Shown here: one piece after another, positions 11,078 to 19,416 of the stretch
Layout: the number at the start of each line of letters is the position of its first letter
Position numbering within the stretch: position 1 is the stretch's first letter
From: Chiloscyllium plagiosum
Taxonomy: Eukaryota
Length of the DNA stretch: 20,000 nucleotides
Reading direction: 5' to 3'
Assembly: GCF_004010195.1 (NCBI RefSeq)
Contig: NC_057753.1
Coordinates: forward strand, 5,183,063 to 5,203,062
The notes under the pieces: generated by a model
What the model saw: the letters and a program-made list of their open reading frames with translations, nothing else
Database searches by the model: none
What the model was told of the DNA's origin: nothing
Position numbers and translations under genes: made by a program

Positions 11078-11415
11078 CAGTGCTGCCTCACCGCAACGGA
11101 GGTGCAGATTGGATTCCAGCCTCAGGGGACTGTCTGTGTTGGAGTTTGCAAATTCTCTCCGTATCTTCATGGGTTTCCTCCGGGTTCTCCGGTTTCCTCC
11201 CACAGTCCAAAGCTGAGCTGATTAGGTGGATTGGCCATGCTAAATTGACCAGGAGGTCCAGGGATGTGCAGGCCAGGTGGATTAGCCATGGGAAATGTGG
11301 GATTATAGGGGGAGATAAGGGGGTTTGGTTTGGCTGGGATGCTCTTCAGAGGGTTGGTGTGGACTCGAGGCTCTGAATGGTCTACTTGCACACTGTCAGA
11401 AATCTATAATTCAAT
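11078..11415 (+). mobile_element. HE1-like V-SINE, diverged
   Basis: GGGTTTCCTCCGGGTTCTCCGGTTTCCTCCCACAGTCCAAAG, GATTGGCCATGCTAAATTG and a LINE-like tail. Confidence 0.85.
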
Positions 11416-11522
11416 GAATTCCATTTTCCATCAGTTTGCTGATGACCGGAATTAGACCAAAGAAGCAGTTATTGCTTTAATTGCCACTAGTGGGGACATC
11501 TCGAAATAGGATACACTATTGT

Positions 11523-11856
11523 GGGCGGCACGGTGGTACAGTGGTTAGCACTGCTGCCACACAGTGCCAGAGACCCAGGTTCAATTCCCGCCTCAGGTGA
11601 CTGACTGTGGGGAGTTTGCATGTTGTCCCTGTGTCTGTGTGGGTTTCGTCCGGGTGTTCCGGTTTCCTCCCACAGTCCAAAGATGTGCAGGTCAGGTGAA
11701 TTGGCCATGCTAAATTGCCTGCAGTGTTAGGGAAGGGGTAAATGTAAATGTAGGGGTTGGGGTATGGGTGGGTTGCGCTTCGGCGGGTCGGTGTGGACTT
11801 GTTGGGCCGAAGGGCCTGTTTCCACACTGTAATGTAATGTAATCTAATCTAATCTA
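11523..11856 (+). mobile_element. Full-length HE1-like V-SINE
   Basis: 5' GGGCGGCACGG; A-box TGGTACAGTGG at 11532-11542; B-box GGTTCAATTCC at 11577-11587; V-domain; 3' (TAATG/TAATC)n tail. Confidence 0.92.
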
Positions 11857-11859
11857 TTT

Positions 11860-12110
11860 ACAGAATAGAGGGAAGGACATTTGCTTATCCGAGGAAAGGG
11901 AAGGTCTGGAATTCCCTACCCAGAGAATTGTGGAAGGTAGATCACTGGCAGAAATTAAAGAGGATTTAGATAGATTATTGAATGTCAGGGTGTTGAGGGA
12001 TATGAGGAACTGGCAAAAAAGTGAAGTTGAAGCTTGGGGTAAGTAGGCCTTGATCTTTTAAAATAGCTTGAGAGGATGAATGACCCAAGCCTGCTCCTAT
12101 TTCCCTGTTC
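11860..12110 (+). mobile_element. Old CR1 3' end
   Basis: TGGAATTCCCTACCCAGAGA..GTGGAAG, TTAGATAGATT, CCTGCTCCTATTTCCCTGTTC. Confidence 0.6.
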
Positions 12111-12299
12111 ATTCCAACTCCCTGTGAAAGGAATTTGCAAACTCCCTCACTTTTAGTCCAGGATAGAAATTCGAAAGACCCAATATTTTTTTCATGGGTG
12201 GAAGTTGCTGTGCACAAATCCTCCCCTTCTAACCCGCTGTCAAAGCAGTTCCCAGCTGCAGTTTCTAACTGGGGTCTTGGGGATGGGGGGCATGTTCCT

Positions 12300-12610
12300 G
12301 TCTCAAGGTTCCGCCCTTTGTCCCTTTAAATCCCACCCTCGGTCCTTCCAGCTCCAGCGCCGGCGAAGCGCATGCTTCGCACCGCTGTCCAGTCCCGCCC
12401 CTTCATTGACTCCGATTGGTTGGAGGACCAGCGCTGTCCTCCGGTCCTCCAGGCCCGCCTCCTCCCTCGCTATTGGACTTGACTATCCGTCAATCATCCA
12501 GCCCTTTGGTGCGGGAGCAGACCTGCGCAGCATGGTTTTGCTCCCCGAACGGCTGTGCACATGCGCGGCCGCCATTTTAGCAGCTTTCTTCAAAGTGGGG
12601 TCAGGGTCTT
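12300..12610 (+). promoter_or_regulatory. CpG-rich putative promoter of the zinc-finger gene
   Basis: Local CpG enrichment; GC boxes at 12394-12400 and 12454-12460; reverse CCAAT (ATTGG) at 12415 and 12472; NRF1-like GCGCATGC at about 12368 and TGCACATGCGC at 12556-12566; YY1 motif CCGCCATTTT at 12569-12578. Confidence 0.72.
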
Positions 12611-12929
12611 GTCTCCAGCTGTAACCATTAGTCAGAATGGGTTGGAGATAATTATCCAATATTTTATTGGGATTTCACCCAGGAATGAGGGTGGGAGAGA
12701 AAAAGAGAAAGTGTGGGGGACGGGGAATTATTATTTGGAGGGAACAAGAGAGGAAAATACACCACAGAAACTGGAATTGTCTGTTTAATGATTTCTCTGC
12801 CTCACTGACAGTGAACTGTTTGGTCACAGGGACTAGAAGAGGAGGGTCACATCAAGGAAACCCAAAACAAAGCATCAGGGCAAGGTCTGACAGTGACACC
12901 AACATCAGGAGTTGAACATCACTGCTGTC

Positions 12930-13190
12930 TTGATTGTGGAAGGAGACGTGTTTGCTTTGTCTGAGGGGAAGGATTTCTAACATCAATACGACTGGAAGAG
13001 CACCGAGCCGCACCTGAGTGAGAGTGTTCCAGTGAGCTGACTGTGTACAGCGCTTTCACCAGACACACAGACTTTAAGAAACTATTTAGAGGAGAAACTG
13101 CGCACCTGCAATAGGGTTAGGTGTTCTCTGACTGGATAAGATTTGAACTGATCCTTCAATATGGAGGGGCACAAAGACCCTGTCACCATG
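12930..13190 (+). pseudogene. Two to three decayed zinc-finger units upstream of the ORF
   Basis: Finger-like remnants (GGGAAGGATTT..CTGGAAGAGCAC, GTGTTCCAGTG..GACTGT, GAGGAGAAACTG..ACCTGC) running into the MEGHKDPVTMEKP start. Confidence 0.5.
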
Positions 13191-14921
13191 GAGAAACCAT
13201 GTAAATGTGTGGAGTGTGGGAAGGGATTCAGATTTCCATCCAGGCTGGACGTGCATCGACGCACGCACACTGGGGAGAAACCATTCACCTGCTCAAAATG
13301 TGAGAAGGGATTTGCTCGTTTGTGCAGCTTACAGATACACCAGAGAACTCACACTGGAGAGAAACCATTCATCTGCATCAAGTGTGGTATGGGATTTGCT
13401 CATTCATCCAGTTTACGTGTACACCAGCGAATTCACACTGGGGAGAAGCCATTCAAATGCTCAGAGTGTGAAAAGGGGTTTGCTCATTTATCCAGCTTAC
13501 AAATGCACCAGAGAACTCACACTGGGGAGAAATCATTCATCTGCTCTGACTGTGGTAAGGGGTTCACTCATTCAACCAGTTTACATGTACACCAGAAAGC
13601 TCACACAGGAGAAAGACCATTCACCTGCTCTGACTGTGGGAAGGGATTTCTTCAGTCATCCAAGTTACATCAACACCAAAGAATTCACACTGGGGAGAAA
13701 CCGTTCGTCTGCTCTGAATGTGGGAAGGCATTTGCTCAGTCATCCACTTTAAATGTCCACCAGAGAATTCACACTGGAGAGAGACCGTTCACCTGCTCCA
13801 AGTGTGGGAAGGGATTCGCTCAGTCATCCAGCTTACATGAACACTGGAGAACCCACACCGGTGAGAGACCATTCATCTGCTCTTACTGTGGGCAGGGATT
13901 CGCTGAGTCATCCACCTTACTTAACCACCAGAGACTTCACACTGGAGAAAAACCATTCGCTTGCTCTGAGTGCGGGAAGCGATTCACTCAGTTGTCCAAC
14001 TTGCATCAACACCAGAGAACGCACACTGAAGAAAAACCGTTCACCTGCCCTGAGTGTGGGAAGGGATTTGCTCAGTCTTCCAAGTTACGTGAACACTGGA
14101 GAACTCACACCGGGGAGAAACCATTCATCTGCTCTGACTGCGGGAGGGGATTCGCTCAGACGTCCACCTTGCGTGCACATCGGAGAATTCACACCAGAGA
14201 GAAGCCATTCATCTGTTCTGAGTGTGGGAAGGGATTTGCTCAGTCATTCAAGCTGCACCAACACCAGAGAACTCACACTGGGACGAAACGTTCATCTGCT
14301 ATGACTGTGGGCTGGGATTCACTCAGTCATCCACCTTACATGTACAGCAGCGAATTCACACTGGAGAGAAATGACTCACCTGCTCCAAACGTGGGAAGGG
14401 ATTTGCTCAGGCATCTAGCTTACATGAACACTGGAGACCTCGCACTGGGGAGAAGCCATTCATCTGCCCTGAGTGTGGGAGGAGATTTGCTCAGTCTTCC
14501 AAGTTACATGAACACTGGAGAATTCGTATCTGGGAGAAACCATTCAACTGCTCTGATGATGGGCAGGGATTCCCTCAGCCATCCACCTTGCATAACCACC
14601 AGAGAACTCACACTGGAGAAAAACTGTTCACCTGCCCTGAGTGTGGGAGGGGATTTGCTCAGTCTTCCAAGTTATGTGAGCTCACGTGAAACCACCGGAG
14701 AACTCACACTGGAGAAAAACCATCCACCTGCTCTGACCACTGGAAGAGATTCACTTGGTTATCCGACATACATTCATAGCACGGAACTCACAGTGGAGAA
14801 AAACTCTTCACCTGCCCTGGGTGTTGGAAGGGATTTACTGAGTCACCCAAGTTCTGTGAACACTGGAGAATTCGCACCGGGGAGAAGCCATTCATCTGCT
14901 GTGACTGTGGGAAGGGATTAG
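13161..14921 (+). CDS. C2H2 zinc-finger protein: 13 intact fingers plus a frameshift-derived tail of about 210 aa; no KRAB or SCAN domain visible
   Basis: 13 C-x2-C-x12-H-x3-H units with TGEKP-type linkers at about 13200-14280; -1 frameshift near 14289; start may be M1 (13161) or M10 (13188). Confidence 0.85.
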   Translation: MEGHKDPVTMEKPCKCVECGKGFRFPSRLDVHRRTHTGEKPFTCSKCEKGFARLCSLQIHQRTHTGEKPFICIKCGMGFAHSSSLRVHQRIHTGEKPFKCSECEKGFAHLSSLQMHQRTHTGEKSFICSDCGKGFTHSTSLHVHQKAHTGERPFTCSDCGKGFLQSSKLHQHQRIHTGEKPFVCSECGKAFAQSSTLNVHQRIHTGERPFTCSKCGKGFAQSSSLHEHWRTHTGERPFICSYCGQGFAESSTLLNHQRLHTGEKPFACSECGKRFTQLSNLHQHQRTHTEEKPFTCPECGKGFAQSSKLREHWRTHTGEKPFICSDCGRGFAQTSTLRAHRRIHTREKPFICSECGKGFAQSFKLHQHQRTHTGTKRSSAMTVGWDSLSHPPYMYSSEFTLERNDSPAPNVGRDLLRHLAYMNTGDLALGRSHSSALSVGGDLLSLPSYMNTGEFVSGRNHSTALMMGRDSLSHPPCITTRELTLEKNCSPALSVGGDLLSLPSYVSSRETTGELTLEKNHPPALTTGRDSLGYPTYIHSTELTVEKNSSPALGVGRDLLSHPSSVNTGEFAPGRSHSSAVTVGRD

Positions 14922-15093
14922 CTCAGACTCGCAGGTCGCATGTACGTCAGAGAGGTCACACTGGAAAGAAAAAACGTTCGCCTGACCTGAGTGCGGGAAG
15001 AGATTCACTCAGGTTTCCAACTTAAAACAACAGTGTGCGAAATGATACACTCACTCATCCGATCTGCTGAGGGATCAGCAAGGTCATGAGTGA
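14291..15093 (+). pseudogene. About 9 decayed C2H2 fingers (plus a partial one) in the ancestral reading frame
   Basis: Manual translation: FICYDCGLGFTQSSTLHVQQRIH, *LTCSKRG.., FICPECGRRF..HWRIR, FNCSDDG.. and so on, with stops and lost Cys/His ligands. Confidence 0.85.
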
Positions 15094-15746
15094 CTGTGGG
15101 GGGGGTGGGTCTAACAGCTTCTATAATGTACTTGTGTAATGGCTTGCAAACTTTATCACGTGTATAATCAGCTTGCCATTTTTGAACAATTCATCCGTGT
15201 TTGTGTGAGGGTCGGATCATCTGGTTTGAGGATTTCAGATGTCGTGTGTCGATCACGAAATGATGTCTCCAATCCAGATCGCTAAGGGTTCATTGGACAT
15301 GGCAATAAGCCACTGATGGAGAGCGGAAAAGCAAGTGAGAACCGGCAGTTTCGCAAGAAGATGGCCTTTTGGCGTAAGAACAGCTTGATTTGCAGCAACG
15401 CCGGGACTAGTTTTTGACCACCAAGCACAGAGGAATGCTTAGGAAATCTACTCAGAGGAGGCAGTGTAGCACGTGACATAAGATCCAGTATCTTATTATT
15501 GTATGGGACTTTTCACAGTTCGTTGGACTTCTGCGGATTGGGTTCACACGTGGTGCCGTGGGAGTTGAGATTGAGCTCCAAGTGCCAGCCATCACCGGGT
15601 TTCCTGACGAGTGAAAGGATGTGAGGTTTATGTGTTTTAATATATCTAAAGTAGTTTAAGTTATTAATTTTGTTGAACTCTGTCTAAAGTAGTGTAAGCT
15701 AATAATTATTAGATTACTATATATATATTATTCAGTGATCTAAGCT

Positions 15747-15752
15747 AATAAA
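15747..15752 (+). terminator. Candidate polyadenylation signal for the zinc-finger gene
   Basis: AATAAA at the end of an AT-rich tract about 830 bp after the stop, followed by TTTGTGTGG. Confidence 0.35.
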
Positions 15753-15839
15753 TTTGTGTGGCACACTAGTTTGGTCTCAGCTGAAATGCCATATCCAGTT
15801 CTGTGGGCCGCATTTTGCAAGCATTACAGAGATTTCATC

Positions 15840-16630
15840 GAGTATTACAGCACACACAGAGACCCTGTGGCTCATCGTGCCCAAATCAGTTGTCAAGTCC
15901 CTATCTACTTTAATCCCGATTTGGAGATGCCGGTGTTGGACTGGGGTGTACAAAGTTAAAAATCACACAACACCAGGTTATAGTCCAACAGGTTGAATTG
16001 GAAGTACACTAGCTTTCGGAGCGACGCTCCTTCACAAGCACCTGATGAGGGAGCAGTGCTCTGAAACCAATGCTTCCAATTCAACCTGTTGGACTATAAC
16101 CTGGTGTTGTGTGATTTTTAACGTTGTACTTTAATCCCATTTCCCAGCACTTGTGTGCAATGGCAGCTCAAGCATTCAACTAAATCCTTCTTAAATGTAG
16201 TTTCTGCCTGGACGCAGAGAGTTCCAGGTACCTACCAGCCTCTGGCAGGAATGATTTTGCATCCCCTCTAAACTTCCTGCCTTTTACTTTAAATCCACGC
16301 ATCCCCGTGTCATTGATCCTGTGGCTAAAGGGGAAGACTTTTTTCCTAACATCCCTGTGTATAATAATTTTGTAGACCTCAGTCAGGTCACCCCTCAACC
16401 TTCTCTGCTTCATATCAAAAGACACAGCTTATCTGGCCTCTCTCTATAGTTAAACTGATCCATATCAGAAATGTCCTGGGAAATCTCCACAACCTTCCTA
16501 CAGGAGAGTGACCAGAGCTGTGCACGGTACTCCAGCTGTGGCCTGAGTAATGTCATATCCAGTCCCATCTTAACCTCCCTGCTTTTGTGTTCAGTGCCTC
16601 AGTGATTAGAGGCAAGTATCCGATATGCCG
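15840..16630 (-). mobile_element. Old CR1 3' region, host of hairpin B
   Basis: QRRLRGDLTEVYKII..GFKVKGRKFRGD in the 16180-16425 ORF. Confidence 0.75.
15918..16126. mobile_element. PLE-derived hairpin element B (209 bp), 12-bp TSD
   Basis: TSD TACTTTAATCCC at 15906-15917 and 16127-16138; arms about 15948-16034 and 16046-16129; 30-nt tail 15918-15947; CTGATGA..GGAGC(AGT)GCTCT-GAAA at 16042-16066; arms match the ends of the PLE at 16754-18806. Confidence 0.88.
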
Positions 16631-16874
16631 AGTGCAGATTTGTTTTCCTTTAAGCTTTCACAGAGGATGTGGGTGTCACTGGTGAGGCTGACATTTAGTG
16701 ACCATCTCTAAATGCTCTGCAGAAGGTGGTGGTGAGCTGCCTTCTTTAACCACGTTAAAAATCACACAACGCCAGGTTCTAGTCCCAAGTTAAAAATCAC
16801 ACAACACCAGGTTATAGTCCCAAGTTAAAAATCACACAACACCAGGTTATAATCTCAACAGGTTTGTTTGGAAG

Positions 16875-16909
16875 CACTAGCTTTCGGAGCAGTGCTCCTT
16901 CATCAGGTG
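16875..16909 (-). ncRNA. Intact minimal type I hammerhead ribozyme motif in the PLE repeat
   Basis: Minus strand CAC-CUGAUGA-A-GGAGC(ACU)GCUCC-GAAA-GC-UA-GUG: stem I CAC/GUG, 5-bp stem II, palindromic AGCU stem III, CUA cleavage triplet. Confidence 0.82.
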
Positions 16910-16933
16910 GTTGTGGAGTATAAGATTGTAGGA

Positions 16934-17056
16934 CTGCATTAGTCAGTTGTTAATGTAGAGTCATAGGAGAATGGGTCTGGGTGGCATACTCTTTGGAGGG
17001 TTGGTGTGGACTTGTTGGGCCGAAGGGCCTGTTTCCACACTGTAGAGATTTTATGA
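16934..17056 (+). mobile_element. HE1-like SINE 3' fragment nested in the left PLE repeat
   Basis: GGTGTGGACTTGTTGGGCCGAAGGGCCTGTTTCCACACTGTAG; absent from the right repeat. Confidence 0.85.
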
Positions 17057-17582
17057 CACAGAATTTATAGCAAAAGTTTACAGTGTGGTGTAGCTGAAAT
17101 TACAGATTGAAAAAGACCTGAATTGTTTGTTAAGTCTGTTCACCTTTCAGAATGGGCATGTTGGTCTCAGTACGTAAATCCCAGAACTTTTTTTTTTAAA
17201 GTTACATTCTCAAGTGAACTTTAACAATAGGTTCCACGTTGGCCCAGATAATGCACTGAAGATGTGAGGTGCCCCGGGTGAGGCTGTCAGTGCCCCAATG
17301 TTCAGACTGATTCTCATCTAAAAAAGGGATTTACAGAATCTTACATGGATTCATATAGTTTTTGAGCAAAATAAAGTGTATTTCTACAAGTACAAATGCA
17401 CCCCACCGACTTTTATGTGTGCGCGCATGGGGTGGAGGAGGTATGAGTGTCTGTGAGAGCGCGTGTATGTGTGTGAGTGTAAAGAGGTATAAGTCTGTGA
17501 GAGTGCGCGTGTGGGAGTGTGTGAGCGTATGAGAGAGCTTATGTATGAGAGAGGGTCTGTATGTGTGTGTAGTGCAGTGGGG

Positions 17583-18192
17583 TCACCTGTAGTGTGACAT
17601 TAACCCAAGGTCCCGGTTGAGGTCATCTCCGTGGATACCGAACTTGACTATCAGCCTCTGCTCAGCCACTTTGTGTTGTTGCCTGACCCACAGTCCGCCT
17701 TGGAGGGTGGTCACCCGACGGTCTGAGGTCGAATGTCCAAGATCGCTGAGGTGTTCTCCGACTGGGAGGGAACACTCCTGGCTGGTGGTTGTTGTGTGGT
17801 GCCCATTCATCCGTTGCCATAGCCTCTGCTCGGACTCGCCAACGTACCATGCCTCAGAGTATCCTTGCCTGCAGCGTATGAGATAGACAACGTTGGCCGA
17901 GTTACAAATACCTACCATGGTGGGTGGTGTCCCCATGTATAATGGTGGTATCCGTGCCCACACTCTGATACATCTTGCAGCGCCTACCGTGACAGGGTTG
18001 TATGGTATTGGCGTGAAAGCTGGGCAGTTTGCTATGAACAATGATCTGTTTGAGATTTGGTGGTTGTTTAAAGGCGAGCAGTGGGGGCGTGGGGAAGGTC
18101 TTGGCGAGGTGCTCATCCTCATTGTTAATGTGTTGCAGACTGTGAAGAACATGGTGTAGTTTTTCAGCTCCTGGAAAGTACTGGACAACGAA
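17583..18192 (-). pseudogene. PLE ORF C-terminus: linker, Cys-rich motif and GIY-YIG endonuclease, frameshifted
   Basis: FVVQYFPGAEKL..AFKQPPNLKQII, QPCHGRRCK, then CNSANVVYLIRC..WYVGE..QRMNGH..VGEH..AEQRLI..GDDLNRD. Confidence 0.88.
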
Positions 18193-18473
18193 TCAGTATG
18201 ACCAATGGGGCACAGACAGCCTCGCACAGGGTACCTCCCACCTTCAATGCATTATCTGGGCCGGCGTGGCATCTATTGTTAAAGTTCACTTGAGAATGTA
18301 ACTTTAAGAAAGTTCTGGGATTGACATATGAAAGAACTGAAACCAACATGGTCATTCTAAAAGATGAGAGACTTAACAAACAATCCAGGTTTTTTCAATA
18401 TAGAAGTTCAGTTACATCACATTCTAAACTTTTGCTATAAATTCTGTGTCCTCTGATTCTTACACTCCACAAC

Positions 18474-18506
18474 CACCTGATGAAGGAGCAGCGCTCTGAA
18501 AGCTAG
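18474..18506 (+). ncRNA. Hammerhead motif of the right PLE repeat, interrupted by hairpin C
   Basis: CAC-CUGAUGA-A-GGAGC(AGC)GCUCU-GAAA-GC-UA-G; the stem I partner GTG is displaced to 18724-18726. Confidence 0.75.
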
Positions 18507-18711
18507 AACCAAAAGAGAAAAGTTTGGCAGCATCTGTAAGGAGAGTAAAGAGCTGTCATTTCGAGTCTAACTGACCCTTTGTCAAAGGGTCAGTTAGACT
18601 CGAAACATCAGCTCATTGCTGTCCTTACAGATGCTGCCAGACCTGCTGGGATTTTCCAGCATTTTCTCTTTTGGTTTCAGATTCCAGCATCCGCAGTAAT
18701 TTGCTTTTATC
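18507..18711. mobile_element. PLE-type hairpin element C (205 bp), 13-bp TSD
   Basis: TSD CTCTGAAAGCTAG at 18494-18506 and 18712-18724; perfect 23-bp inverted repeat 18559-18581 and 18583-18605 within longer arms; 35-nt tail 18677-18711; GGGTC(AGTTA)GACTC-GAAACATC resembles hammerhead stem II and core. Confidence 0.85.
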
Positions 18712-19309
18712 CTCTGAAAGCTAGTGCTTCCAAATAAATCTGTTAGACTTGTGCGTTTTTTTAACTTTGTCCACCCCAGTCCAACACTGGCAACTCCACC
18801 TCATGGCTTCTTTAACCACAGCAGTCGAGGGACACCCATAATATAATCAGGGAGAAAGTTCCAGGATTTCAGCCAGTGACAGTGAAAGAATGGTTGATAC
18901 AGTTCCAAGTCAGGGTGATGTGTGTCTTGGAGGGGAAACTGTAGATGGTGCTGAAAATTAAAAATGCCACCCTTGTTCTTCTGGATGACAGGGGTCACAA
19001 GTTTGCATATCAATGGCGAAGGATTTTTCATGAATTATAGCAGTCCTTCTTGTAGATAGTGCACAGTGCGGCCTGTGTGTGTGTGTCAGTGATGGAGTGA
19101 GTGTTAAAGGTGATTGGAATCAGGTTTGCGGAATAGTTACGGTGCAGAACGAGGCAGTTTGGCCCACGTGTCTGTGCGAGCTCTGAGGGGTTTCTCACTG
19201 AGGGACACTTTCTTGCCTGCTGCCTGTAACTCTTCATGCTGAACCCTTCCAAATAAAAACATCAATATCTTTATGGATATCTTGATTGAAGCTCCCAGAT
19301 TTTTTTTTT

Positions 19310-19416
19310 AAGAATCCCTACAGCCTGGAAACCGACCCTTTGGCCCAACAAGTCCACACCGACCCTCCGAAAAGTAACCCACTCAGACATATACCCCTAC
19401 CCTATATTTGCCCCTG
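19310..19416 (-). mobile_element. HE1-like SINE 3' fragment
   Basis: GGCCCAACAAGTCCACACCGACCCTCCGAA is the antisense of the SINE tail. Confidence 0.82.

Larger units (their letters stand above)
16754..18806 (-). mobile_element. 5'-truncated Penelope-like element (Neptune-like) with inverted pseudo-LTRs, 13-bp TSD
   Basis: TSD CTTCTTTAACCAC at 16741-16753 and 18807-18819; inverted repeats about 16824-17313 and 18190-18765; right-hand tail to 18806; GIY-YIG remnant; GT/GA-rich tract at 17414-17575; splits an old LINE 3' end (about 16660-16753 and 18807-19110). Confidence 0.9.

Noticed and set aside
11523..11600. tRNA gene
   Set aside because: The A and B boxes belong to a SINE head that continues into a V-domain and LINE-derived tail.
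12205..12915. ORFs over the promoter as an upstream effector-domain exon
   Set aside because: No recognisable KRAB, SCAN, BTB or other domain; openness is explained by GC content. An unrecognised short exon cannot be excluded.
13207..14304. Overlapping 181-aa and 183-aa ORFs as separate genes
   Set aside because: Stop-poor shadow frame of the zinc-finger repeats.
16754..16858. CRISPR-like array of 35-bp repeats
   Set aside because: The units are contiguous with no spacers, the context is eukaryotic, and the sequence is the PLE terminus.
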